64,000 nt of DNA, taken from Octopus vulgaris (Eukaryota). The first letter of the stretch is position 1. Each line of letters begins with the position of its first letter. A program made the position numbers and the translations under genes. The stretch is taken from contig OX597833.1 of assembly GCA_951406725.2 (NCBI GenBank), positions 24,800,001-24,864,000 on the forward strand, given 5' to 3'. Of this stretch, positions 48,454 through 64,000 are shown one piece after another. A model generated the notes under the pieces. It worked only from the letters and a program-made list of their open reading frames with translations, ran no database searches and was not told the DNA's origin.

Positions 48454-48656
48454 AAGGTGGCAGAATCGCTAGCACGCCGGACAAAATGCTTAGTGGCATT
48501 TCGTCCGTCTTTACGGACTGAGTTCAAATTCCATCGAGGTCGACTATTCCTTTTATCCTTTCCGGGTCCATGAAATAAGTACCAGTTGAATACTGTAATC
48601 GATTTACCTACTCTCCTGGAATTGCTGGACTTGTATGAAAATTGGAAACCAATATT
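48454..48656 (+). mobile_element. tRNA-derived SINE family B with a different tail
   Basis: TGGCAGAATCGCTAGCACGCCGG...GAGTTCAAATTCC...AAATAAGTACCAG, ending CTTGTATGAAAATTGGAAACCAATATT like the 30742 copy. Confidence 0.75.
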
Positions 48657-48902
48657 TCATTATAGAAACAAATCTTGACATAAAAGTATTAAACCTGGAG
48701 TTATTTAGAAACATGTCCGCTCAATAGCTCCTATTAGTAAGATTTTCAATTCTTGGAGTTGCAGGGGTGTGGTGAAGGAACTCTGGCCGAAATGGGATTA
48801 AGATTAATGTAAAAAATAAATAACGCTGAAGCAAAGTAACACCAAATATATAGTGCATGTGTTTTTATTGGCTAAACTGGCAAAATGACCATTCCTAAAT
48901 AT

Positions 48903-48944
<42 letters not shown>

Positions 48945-48947
<3 letters not shown>

Positions 48948-50380
48948 AGAAAATAGTAAAGAGTGAAAAAACGACAGAAGGCTTAAATGTTAAAAAATAT
49001 ATATATTTGCGTCAAAATGTCTGGAGAATATTGGAAAAATTTTTTTCCCTCCTTAAAATGACATAATTTTATAATTTTTAAAGAAATACCGGTTTCGCAG
49101 TTAGCTCTTCAAATTTCTTGTGACTTAATGTTTATTTTTAATAACGTAATCCTTGTATTTTTGCTACGGAGAGTTCTAAATAAGGGAAAGTAGTGAGTGA
49201 TTTCTTCCGGTGTAAGGGAGATAATCGCTTAAAAAAATTTTTTCCTTTAGTGTGAATTTCTCTGTATTATTGAGTTCGGATAGTTGAGTCTGGGTTTGTA
49301 CTTTTCAATGAAGAATGTTTCCTTATTTAGTCTAATTTGTGATGATGATCCGAAAGCACATTGGTAAAATGGAAAGATTAAAAATTGTGGTTGTAGTTGC
49401 TTTGCGCATTTCTCAATGTGCTCACTAAAAGGTATCATTCTATATTCTGGGAATGCAATCTGTTGTCGATGCAGTGTGCATCTACGTCTGAGTGATAGTC
49501 CCGTGGACCCCACGTAGTCTTGGTGGCAGCCCGAGCATTTAATGACATAAATTATGTTTTCAGAGGCACAAGTAAAGTTAGATTTGATCTTGAATTTCTG
49601 TCCCTCTTTAAAGAAGAATTCTGATCCTTCCAATAGGTTAGGACATGTTGCACAGTTCGATCTACCACATTTTTTTACTTTTGCATCCGTAATTTTAGAA
49701 GACAATTTTGCCTTTGTGAGAATCTTTTTAAGTGATTTAGGCTGTTTGTAGCTTTTAATGATTTGGTGTATGTTTAGAATTTCCTTTAATTTGGGGTTTT
49801 TATGAAGTATTGGTAAATTCTGGGTTATGATGGTGAAAGCTTCTTTGTTTCTGGGGTTGTATGTAGATACAAGGTAGTATTTTCGGGGAAGGTGTGTTGT
49901 TGTGTTGAACTTTTCTTAAAGTTTCTATGTTGATTTCTGTTGCACGTCTGATCCCATCCTCTATGAGTTGAGTTGGGTAATGTCTGTCAATTAAGGTGTT
50001 TTTGAGTTCTTGCAGTCTGAAGTTCCTGGTATTTTGTTCTGACACTATTGTGCATATCCTTCTTGCAAGGTTGAAGGGGATGTTTGTTTTAGTGTGTCTT
50101 GGGTGGCATGAACTAAAAAGAAGGTATTGTTTGGCGTCTGTGGCTTTGTAGAAAATGTCTGTTTCTATTTTAAGGTTAATTTTTTTAATTAGTATATCCA
50201 AGAACGGGAGTTCCTTTTGGTTGTATTCCATTGTGAACTGTATATTTGGGTTTATGCTGTTCAATAGGTTTTTAAATTTTAAGAGTTTATCTGTGTTTTC
50301 ATTCCAGAGAATAAAACAATCGTCCAAGAATCGTTTCCAGTTCTCTTTTATGTATTGAGAGAGGGGGTTTCCAAAGATTG
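48945..50380 (-). mobile_element. 5'-truncated Penelope-like element (RT C-terminus + GIY-YIG endonuclease)
   Basis: RFLDDCF, QFTMEY, LPFLDI, YL.FSSCHP.H (ORF 49800..50327). A frameshift near 49860 leads to CGRSNCATC and NIIYVIKC..C...YVGSTG..L..R...H (ORF 49247..49705). Confidence 0.9.
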
Positions 50381-50500
50381 ATAAGAGACCGATAAGTACT
50401 GGGCTTACAAAGAATAAGTCCCGGGGTCGATTTGCTCGACTAAAGGCGGTGCTCCAGCATGGCCGCAGTCAAATGACTGAAACAAGTAAAAGAGTATACA

Positions 50501-50577
<77 letters not shown>

Positions 50578-50960
50578 AATCACGTGCTCTTGCAGGAAAA
50601 CGGAAAGTAAACTATGAATGTTAATCTTAATTTTGATTTCAATTATTTTATTAATAGCTCTTTTCTCTCTACATTTTCCATTTTCGTACATATTTTTGAT
50701 AAGGTTTTTCAAAAATCGAAACATGTAAAAGGAAAATTAAAATGTACCCAATTTTAAGAAAGTAGTATTTTCGTTCTTGTTTTTTTATAACTATGTACTT
50801 ACTCGTGTGTCACCTCTACACATCTTTTCAAAAAAATAAAAAATATATATGTGCATATGTACACACTCATATATGTATTACATATCCATACGCACATATA
50901 TTTACACATGTCCCTTGCACACATTCATTTTGGTGTGTGTGTATGTATGTATATATATAT

Positions 50961-51007
<47 letters not shown>

Positions 51008-51364
51008 CTTATTAATATTTAGCAGAAGTAACAGAGTAACTCAAGGGCCAAGAATTGCGTTGGACATTGAATCACACTGTTGCTTCTGCTAAATATTAAT
51101 AAAAGCCTTGTGTATGAGTGCGGTAGATGGAAACTGAAAGAAGCTCATCGTATATGTGTGTGTTTATACGCACACATATATGTATACATTTACATACATC
51201 TATACATACACACGCATCCCCCCAGACACACATATATCGATGTCTTCCGGGGATCTACAGCTTCTGTTCGCCACGTCACCACATAGTAACATCTACTTTT
51301 ACCACCCACCACCTTCTTCTCCACACAACACCCACTGTTCGTGACCAGGTCAAATTTCATAAGT

Positions 51365-51486
51365 ATGAGAACAACAGGTACAGGATATACAAATCAAAAA
51401 TCATTAATGTGAAATGAAAGCGATAGATATTATTGCTTATTACAGCCGTCACACGACGTTTTGTCACAGTTGACTATAACTATACG

Positions 51487-51567
<81 letters not shown>

Positions 51568-51608
51568 CCTCCATCCATCCGTCCATCCATCCATCCATCC
51601 ATCCATAC

Positions 51609-51666
<58 letters not shown>

Positions 51667-52258
51667 ATATCTATCTATCTATCTATCTATATATCTATCT
51701 ATCTATCTATTTGTCTGAATGCCTGTCTATGTATGTATGTATGTATGTATGTATGTATGTGTATGTATGTATGTATGTATGTATGTATGTATGTATGTAT
51801 GTATGTATGTATGTATGTGTGTATGTATGAATTTATGCATGTATGTATGTATGCTTGTATGTATGTATGAATCTATCTATTTATCTATTCTTGGAAATGA
51901 AGTCTTACGGCAGAGATACAAAACTATCACAAACACAGGGAATTCTTCCCTGTGTTTGTGAAAGCTCCGTATCTCTGCCGTAAGGCTTCATTTCAACACA
52001 CACCAGCTGAATTCAATTCGTCCCCAGTCGAAAGACATCTGTTGTTATGTCCTGTTATTAATATCATTTTTATTGTATTTTGTATTTATATTTGTGTAAC
52101 ATCGTCTGTTTTTCCGTCCTTGTTTTTGTATACATTTGATGCTTTCTTCGAAGGAATCTAATGGTCCTAGCGTCGTGTGACGGCTGTAATAAGCAATAAT
52201 ATCTATCGCTTTCATTTCACATTAATGATTTTTGATTTGTATATCCTGTACCTGTTGT

Positions 52259-52264
<6 letters not shown>
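51365..52264. repeat. Nested fold-back: perfect 94-bp outer arms (51365-51458 / 52171-52264) and an inner hairpin at about 51896-51993
   Basis: ATGAGAACAACAGGTACAGG...GTCACACGACG is mirrored exactly. The inner pair is CTTACGGCAGAGATAC...CACAAACACAGGGAA / TTCCCTGTGTTTGTG...GTATCTCTGCCGTAAG. Confidence 0.9.
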
Positions 52265-52299
<35 letters not shown>

Positions 52300-52854
52300 C
52301 ATACATATGCATAGATACATACATATAGAAACTTCTGTACTTCATATATCTGAAAAAGAAGCACATTCTAAAGCATTAGGGTGGCAGTCAATATTTTAGG
52401 ACGTTAAATATTATGCCTGCTCATAGCCATCATAGTTTTCTCTCCTATAAAGCACTTAGCAGTATAGGCAGCTCGTCAAACTCAAATAACCGAAGGCGCA
52501 TAAACTCTCTGCAAGTTGAGGAGGAAACACGTCACGACCAGTTAGTTTTCTAACCAAAAAAGTATTTGCAACGTTACTACCAGTTCGAATATGCAAGTGC
52601 CGCATTTGACCCTGTAAAGAAGCTATTCACTGTGTTTTGTCGCGGAGAAAATATCTGGGGGTTCGAAAGCGCCATTGGTATATTCGAACTTGTAATAGCA
52701 TTGCATTTAAGCATATTACTGCTTAGCGGGCCCAACCCTCAAAAAATATTTGTCCATGGTGCAGGCGTGACGAAGTTCTCGCTCTTACATCGGCTCTGGT
52801 TGTGATAATATTCCAGGAGTTACAGCAGTCTATTCAACGAATGAGCAATTCTAA

Positions 52855-53190
52855 GTTTGTATTAGGAAACGTTTTAGATGCGGACAATGTTTAAGCTCTG
52901 CTTTATTGGAGTTCAAAAAGTCTCTGGGATTAAATGTTTTTAGGATTTTTGCCCTCTCTGCCAAACAAAGCTTACACCGTTTGCTCCCTTTTATATAAAC
53001 CCTGTCTCATCTGCAGCTCAGACAAATAGTTTTGTCTACTATAGTAACTGACCATGAGACACTTCTTCCTCCACTTGTAGAGAAATTATGTGTCTTCAGC
53101 CATTTGTGTGTCGAGTCATCTATACCGCTAAGTGCGTTGCAGAGATGAAAACAATGATCCTTTATGACCTATCATAACTTTTAAATTCTT
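52855..53190 (-). pseudogene. Penelope-like GIY-YIG C-terminal relic
   Basis: KGSKRCKLCLAERAKILK....FLNSNKAELKHCPH resembles the C.LCL.EK..IL...LLN.R.E....CRH terminus of PLE ORFs. Confidence 0.55.
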
Positions 53191-53209
53191 AATACACAGA
53201 CACACAGGC

Positions 53210-53253
<44 letters not shown>

Positions 53254-53467
53254 TTTTTTCAGTCAAAATCCGGCCATGCCATGTTGGGGCACCGCCTTGA
53301 ACTTTATCGCCGAAAGAATCGACCTCATTGCTTCTTAAACCTGGTACTTTTTTAACGGCTTCCTCTGGCAAACCGCTACCTTACGAGGACACAAACATGC
53401 CATCACCGACTGTCAAGTGTTGATGGGAGGACAAATACAGACACAAAGATACACACATAAATATAAA

Positions 53468-53508
<41 letters not shown>

Positions 53509-54239
53509 GATGAACAAACTAATATCAGTGTGTCAGTGTGTCACATTTTGACCTCGTCTCTCCTTATTCAATGACACTTCTACTATTCTTCATGATGGAA
53601 TGAGAGTAATAGTAAGCATAGTAACATGCTGGAATGAAGAATTTAGAAATATAGATTAGGTGGTTGGACAGGTCAGTGCTTAGTAGCAGAAGAAAATAAA
53701 TATGTGAAGATGTATACAGATGCATATATTAGAGATGTATATACATATTTATACAGATATTTATACAAATCAATATCTACATATAAAATTCGTACTCATA
53801 TGTATATGTATATATACACATGCACATCCATATATACGTGTAGCTGTATGTATTATCGCCCCTGTACACGCAGGTATATATACTTGGCATACACACACAT
53901 CCACACATACACACACATACATATAAACGCACATATGTATGCACACATATACATACAAATATAATTAGATGGTTGTGACATTCGAGTTTGAGTGAGATTA
54001 GGAGTTAAAATGTTGATTTATAAGGTTATTAGGATTACCTAAGGGGTATTGTGAAACATACTGTATGGTCGTTTAGGCATTTGGATTTGTGGTAGAATTT
54101 GTGAAAAAAGCGGTGGTTGCATGTGTTTAGTGCCTCGTTATGTTTATTTAGCAGTGCTGGAGAGTTGTGGTTTAATATGTGAAGTGTCTCCTTCAGGCAA
54201 AACTTGCAGGTTAGCCTTGGTTTTCTTTATCTCATTCTG

Positions 54240-54297
<58 letters not shown>

Positions 54298-54871
54298 GCC
54301 GATATATGACCGACGTTGGACTCCTTATTCGCACAATCACCAAACCTGGAGCTTAACTATGGTCTATCCATAGCACTTACTCAGCATTACCTGACACTTT
54401 TGTTTCTTATTGACACCATTACCTCTCATAGCCTCTCTCTATATATACATATATATGACGGGCTTCTTTCAGTTTCGGTCTACCAAGACCACTACAAAGA
54501 CTTTGGTGGGTCCGAGGCCATAGTAGAAGATATTTCCCCAAGGTGCCCTGCAGTGGGACTCGAAACCATGTGGTTGAGAAGCTAGCTTCTTACCACACAG
54601 CTACATCTTTTATTTCTTTTATCTTTTACTGATTTCAGTAATTTGAATGCGGCCATGTAGGGTCATCTCTTGCTGTTTACTTGTTTCACTCATTACACTG
54701 CGGATGAGCAGTTATATCACATTGAGGAACTTTACTCAAATGAATTGATCTTATCACCTACGTTTTTAAGCCTGTTGGTCTTTTTGTCAAATTCGCAAAA
54801 TTATGGGGATGTAAATATACTAACACTGGTTTTCAGGAGATGGTGGGAGACAGACACAAACACAAAGACAC

Positions 54872-56460
<1,589 letters not shown>

Positions 56461-56523
56461 AGAAGCTTATTTCTATCAAGAATGCTTATTTCTATCAAAG
56501 ATAGAAATAAGCATTCTTGACTT

Positions 56524-56648
<125 letters not shown>

Positions 56649-57989
56649 GGGTGTGCTTCTTTCAGTTTCCTTCTTTTCCAAATCCACTGGGAGCAAACTT
56701 CTTTTCACATAGCCACACGTGCACATATATGTGTGTGTTTTTATGAATGTATCTATTATCTATCTATCTATCCGTCTGTCTGTCAATCCATGTATTATAC
56801 AGTATAAAGACCCTACTTAAGTGCATATGTATTTTTGTCACCCTTCTTGCCGCCCCCGTTTGACTACTCTACACAAACCCGCGCGAACCTATTTCTGTAC
56901 ACAGGCATATTAATACACCATTCGTGCTATATAAACCCTCATACAAACGCACAAAACATATCTGTGTGTTTTATTTATTGTTTGATCGTGAGCTTGCTTG
57001 TGTGTCTGCATGTCTGTCTTTCTGTGTGTAGGTGGAGAGAAAGAGAGAAAGAAAGAGATGGGAAGAGACATGTATACGGGTAAATCAATCGCTTTTACAC
57101 GTTACGTTCGAATGACACCATAACGTTCCTTTATGGAGGCATTAGTCATTAAAACAAGTTAAGTGTAATAATATTCGTCGCGGAACACCTTAACAGCAAC
57201 AACAACAACAACAACAACACTTCGAAGTAAGGAAACCCAGCGGGAGACATCTTTATTAAACCTTTGTTATTGATGTCTCATACTTTGGTTCATTTGTAAG
57301 TGTATTTACGTTTGTTTCCGCTCCTCTCCTTCTCTTTCTTACACTCTTGTCATAAAATTCTTGGAAGTTTTATTAAGTTTGAGCGGAATAATAATTGCTT
57401 CTTTCCTTTTCTATTATTTTTTCTTTTTGTACAGTATTTGATGCTTCTGTCGGAAATACCAAGAATTTACCAAATTTAATTAGATATATTTATTGTTGGT
57501 TCACCTAGGTTTGATTAAGCCCAAGTAAACAGAGGAACAGGTAAGGCTGCATCCGTTAATAAGTTAGGATGGAATCCATTGAGTTCCTGGTTCGATCCTA
57601 CTGCTCGGCACCTTGGGTAAGTGTCTTCTATAGAACACTCGTGTTTACAAATGGCTTATATGTGAAACTTACAAAGCGGAAAAAGTATATCCTGTATATT
57701 CATATATATATGCATATATACATAAAAACTCAGCACAAACGGAAGGGTGCGCGCACACCCACACAACACACACAAAAACACACACATATATATACAACTG
57801 GCTTCCATGTTTCCATACATTTTCCGTATATCAAATTTACTCCGAAGGCATTGGTTGACCAGAGGCTACAGTACAAGACACTTGCCTAAGGTGCCGCAAA
57901 GTGTGACCGAACCCGATACCATGTAGTTGCAAAACGAGTTTCTCAAAAGGAAGCTAGAACAAAGCTTAAAGTACGCAATAACATAATTA

Positions 57990-58640
<651 letters not shown>

Positions 58641-59254
58641 TCCTCATCTCTTAAATATAGATCTGTATAATTAATTGTGTTTTAAAAAAAGAGTCTATAT
58701 TTTCGTATAAAGTCTAAAACCAGAATTCCAAAATGTGCGGTCCCTAAAATGTCGTAATTCGTAGGTTCGACCATCATTCATTGGAAAAATATTAGGTAAC
58801 GTTAGAATAAAGCACGATGCAACAGATTGGACAAAGAAATTGAAATTCCTTACCTCCACGTCATATATTACAGTTTTCATTGATACTATTCGTAAAATAT
58901 GAAACAGAAAAATCTCGCAACCAAAGTGGAGGTTTCTAGCATCGAAATCGCCATTAAATCATATGACTTTTTAATGAAAGAACGACATATATGGTAACAT
59001 ACTTCTAGATATATAGTACTGGATAAAGAATGAAATGGTCACAGTTGCATCACACCGATTGATTATACGGAATCTGAAAGTGATGTAAAAAGAATGCATT
59101 TTTAGAAAACCGAAAAATTAAACAATGAGCAGCCAATAGGAATGAAAACTGCTTTTAACATGTCGCTGTTATTAACGTACCACGTATTCGCACTGAATAC
59201 GTGGCAGAGTGGAAACAGATTACTAATAAGTATGTCTTTCTAATGTGACTGCCT

Positions 59255-59483
59255 TTAACGCTTTCATTACCAACACAGCTAAAACCGGCTCTGGTTCTTT
59301 AGTATAAATGTCTTGTTCTCATAAGTTTTGAATTAAAATCTTCCACTAAACCTTAATCACAATTTATGTTCCTAACACTAGCTGAATGATAACTAAGTTA
59401 TTTTACTAAATTCTTTGTTATATTTAAAATAATCGAAAGAAACACAGAGCATCTCAAAATAAATACAGTAATGAAAGGGTTAA
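59255..59483. mobile_element. piggyBac-type MITE
   Basis: TTAA-CGCTTTCATTAC ... GTAATGAAAGGG-TTAA. Confidence 0.75.
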
Positions 59484-59957
59484 TCCCTTAGCATTTAAAC
59501 CAATGTGTCTCAACCATTTTTTTTTTACCTATGGACCTCCTTTGATTTCTATTCTACTCAGAAGGATCTTCCTAGGCATTTGACTTTTTAAAAAAATCCA
59601 GTTATATTTCTATAATTAAATATTATTAGAAAATGTATAAACATTGCCAAAATATTCCGTCTATTATAGAAATATAACCAATTTATTACACATAAGTTTT
59701 AAGGACAAAATGTCATGAGAACCCTGTTGAGAACCACTGATTTAAGTATTCTATATTCGGCCCAAATATTCTACATGATTTTTTCCTTTTTATTTTTTGT
59801 CAAATTGGTCAAGTCTCACATCTCAACTACCGTATCAATCTAAAAACAAATAATCATATCATCCAAATTTTTAAGCTACAAAATAAGGCATGATAAATAC
59901 AAAATAATTCTAATAAGTATTATATTTAGTTGAGTATTATGAATGCTGAAGTGTTAA
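59480..59957. mobile_element. Second piggyBac-type MITE sharing the TTAA site, interrupted by a hAT MITE
   Basis: TTAATCCCTTAGCATT ... AATGCTGAAGTGTTAA. Confidence 0.55.
59501..59739. mobile_element. hAT (Charlie-like) MITE; a second related copy at about 60050-60251
   Basis: CAATGTGTCTCAACC ... GTTGAGAACCACTG with an imperfect 8-bp TSD ATTTAAAC/ATTTAAGT. Confidence 0.65.
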
Positions 59958-60744
59958 CCCTGTATTCATAATGTTTTCTAGTTGAGCTATGTTTAGGAAA
60001 TGTATAGTTTGTCCCGTGCTTGTGGATGCTGATGGTAATTCGTTTAGAGCAATGGTTGCCAACCGGGGTCCATATAGACCTTAGGGTTCACAAACACTTT
60101 TTTTTTTAACAATTTATTAAATACAAATCCTGGTGATATATAATCATAAAAAGATAATAGGGGCTTTTAGACATCGAATTGCAAGGAGGGTCACGTAGAG
60201 TAAAATAGGCATCAAAGGGGTTCAAAAGTAAAATTTAGTTGAAAACCAGTGTTAGAGTTTCTGTAACAAGTTTTCAAGGTCATTCCATTGCTGCTGAAAT
60301 TGATGCAGTTGACTTTTATTCCGATAGAACATCGACAGATCGATAACGTAAAAAAAAAAGAACGAAAATAATATGTGAGAAGAACACTAGAAACCTAGCT
60401 TTGAGGAGGTCCTAGGAGGGATAGTGAGGCGTTTCTAGTAAACTTGGGATGTGAAACTTTCTTATAGTAACATAGAATGATGGTAGTTGAGAGCTATCTT
60501 ATGTGGTGTGGGTATATAACTAGCAAGTTCAAACGACAAAGACGAAGAACGTTCTTACAAATTGTTCATATTGATATCGGTTGTGTCGGTAAACTACACG
60601 TTAGCTTTTATTCAGTGGACATTACTTCAAACAGTGATCTTCCCGTCTTTTCCACGTCTTTACAGTATCTAAACTTCAATTGTCAAATATTTGCCCTAGA
60701 GTATCATTTCGAGGAAATAGGTTATAATAGGGAAATGTACACTG

Positions 60745-60779
<35 letters not shown>

Positions 60780-60846
60780 TGTATGTATGTATGTATGTAT
60801 GTATGTATGTATGTATGTATGTATGTATGTATGTATGTATGTATAT

Positions 60847-60909
<63 letters not shown>

Positions 60910-61122
60910 CATGACATGTCGCCTATTTACAAATACATTTGCGTACCGATGGGAGAGAAAAAGAGATTTAAGAAAGATATGTCCGTATGTATATGCATAA
61001 ATACATATACAGGTGAAATTGCACAAATGGAACAAGGAGTTAGTGGGTAAGAGACGGACAGATAGACAACGTGAGAGATTACACTAGGCAGATGAAAATT
61101 CGGAAAGTGATGGGCAAAATGT

Positions 61123-61157
<35 letters not shown>

Positions 61158-62297
61158 CGCATAAACACACATTTGTATTTGTGTGTCCGTGCGCGCGTTT
61201 GTCAACGAGAGTATATTTTGTATATACACAGTCATATACACAATTACATACACTCACAACCATATATGTATATATACGTACATATATAATGATATATAAT
61301 ATTCACGTAAAAATGAATGATCTATAAAAGTAATGTATATACATTTATATATTGATAACTACATGTATATATTAAGACACATATGCGTACGTGTATGTAT
61401 TTGAAAGTTAGGGGCATAGAGTTGAATATAAACATTACAAAAATATGTAGTGGAACCAACGGACTATTCAAAGTAAAGCAAACAATAATATGTAAATACG
61501 TATGTTTGCAATTAAATATAATTTTCTACACTTTAATATGTTTTTAACTTTAATAGTGTTTATCTTATATTTATCTCGAACGAAGACAATTTACAAACGC
61601 AAATGTTAAAAATAATGCAATAGAAAAGGAAGTAAATAGAAAAAATAACGAATAAATTAAAGAGACATGCGCATTCTCTCAATTACTCAACGTACCAGAG
61701 GACATTGGTATTTTGTATGTTTCATTATCACTTTCAATATACCTGCGTTCTGTGAAAATATTTACAGACATTATTAAAAGGAACGAAACACCTGTGTGCA
61801 TATGGCGTGTATTTACACACCCACACATCCATTCAAACACACACAGACACACGCACATATATACATGTACGTATGTATTTATGTGTGTATGGGTGTGTAT
61901 GTATATATGTATGTATGCATGTAAGCATGATATAGCCTGCTCCGTCTATAAATGCGGGGAATATGTTTATCGTAGTTACATATATTGAAAATCATAACGA
62001 AATATATTTAAAATAAAACTGTCCTCTGGTGCAATGTATAAGGAAGAGTTTTTATCTCGTTCACTCTCTCTTTCTGTGTCTCTTTCCGTCTCTCTCTGTC
62101 TCTCTCTGTCTCTCTCTTTCTCTCTGTGTGGTTAAGAAAGCAAATAGGAAAACAGAACTGAAACTGATATACACATGCAAATACAAAATATGTGTACATG
62201 TCGTACACGTGCACCTGCTTGATTGCTTGTAGATACATTTATGTGTGAACGTGAATACACACACAGACACACACGCACACACACGCACGTACATGCA

Positions 62298-62342
<45 letters not shown>

Positions 62343-62552
62343 ATACATATATATATATATATATATGTGTGTATGCATATGTGTGTGTGTGTTTTGTGTC
62401 TAGGGACAAACGAAGTGTGTATGTATATATATTTATATAGTCTTTTCCTTGTTTATTATTTATATGTGTGTGAGTATGTTTCTGTTTGTGTATTTATATA
62501 TCTATGTGAGTGTGCGTGTGCCCGTATACAATGTAAATATATAATTACATCG

Positions 62553-62631
<79 letters not shown>

Positions 62632-63071
62632 TGTGTCTGCAGGTATGTATACTACACCGCATGCCAAAGTATCCGACTGTTATGGTAGCGCACTGAATGA
62701 TTCGCCAAAAAAAGAATTTTAAAAACAATCCACAGTCATGCAACTCTTGAACCTCGCTTGACCTTCGGTCAGTCTGGCATGTTAGTTGACATCTTTGATA
62801 GTACGGATTTCACTATGATATCAATTATCGCGGATCATATGATACGCATTCCACTTTAACTTATGTCTGTTCCTCTCTCTCTTCAGAATTTGACTGCAGA
62901 TATTTTAGGAGAAACGTAAGACGCAAACACGTAGACAGGTAAATGTCTAACTTAAAATAAAATAAACAAAATAAAATAGAAATAAAAATAATTCGTAGTT
63001 AGTCACATACATGTCATACCTGACCTGCACTACCGAACTTCCTACTTACATACTTACGTACTACATTCATA

Positions 63072-63123
<52 letters not shown>

Positions 63124-63328
63124 CACAAGCACACGTGTATACATACATATACATATAATTATATTTATATATGCAACATACACATCATGAACGCACGCAT
63201 TTATACGTAATGCATACATATATTATTTTCTTGGTTTATTTGTTATAGAATTCGGACTGTGGCCATGCTTGGGCATCACATTCAAGAATTTTTTTAGTCG
63301 ACCAAGGGTGGTGCCTATTCTTTCATTT

Positions 63329-63411
<83 letters not shown>

Positions 63412-63428
63412 GTCTATCTATCTGTCTG

Positions 63429-63536
<108 letters not shown>

Positions 63537-63545
63537 CACACACAC

Positions 63546-63586
<41 letters not shown>

Positions 63587-64000
63587 TATATATATATATA
63601 CATACACACACACACAGACATATATATATGTGTACGTTAAAGACTTTCTCATTTTCCCGAGCGTCAAACACCTGTCTTCGTCTTTTGTTTCTCTGTAAAT
63701 TTCAGGGAGATCGCTAACCACTACACGTTCTTTATTTTCTCTCCCGCAAGCAAATTAAATAAAATTTGGGATTTTGCACCGGGTTACAATTGGTAATACC
63801 AATATATATAATTTGCTTTGCAGAAGCAACGGTTTTATCGAAGGCGTATATTATTGTTAAATGCCCGAAATACGAGACTAGAAAAACTGCCAACAGCTGA
63901 TGAAGGGTCCTTCTTCATATTGTTTGTTTTGTTTTCCATTTGTGTCTTTTGTTGTTCGAAAGAATAGTTCAAATTCCCTGCACTCATGCTCTTTTTTTGT

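Overview
Repeat-rich, microsatellite-laden animal genomic DNA. The SINE and microsatellite repertoire suggests a coleoid cephalopod such as Octopus (inference). I can support no host protein-coding exon. The first 19 kb form one unusual minus-strand composite. Canonical Helitron termini (5'-TC at 19136; hairpin + CTAG-3' at 631) enclose a head-to-tail train made of seven ORF1-only cassettes (U2-U8, three sequence types), one full-length Tx1/L1-clade LINE (U1: ORF1 plus APE-RT-CCHC ORF2) and a degenerate ORF1 relic (U0). Each of U1-U8 has its own CpG-rich 5' region and ends in the same 3' motif (GCCCCT.GTGGGTAATAA). The junctions between near-identical units all differ. Cassette U8 carries a cluster of sense-strand A-to-G changes resembling ADAR editing fixed in DNA. 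A tRNA-derived SINE at 48 kb shares the LINE's 3' tail. The rest (19-64 kb) is decayed transposon material: a mariner copy with TIRs, Penelope-like fragments, fold-backs with hammerhead-ribozyme motifs, Dong/R4-like RLE LINE fragments in (TAA)n, a Helitron RepHel fragment, several SINE families, MITEs and many microsatellites. All comparisons were made by eye; no database searches were run.
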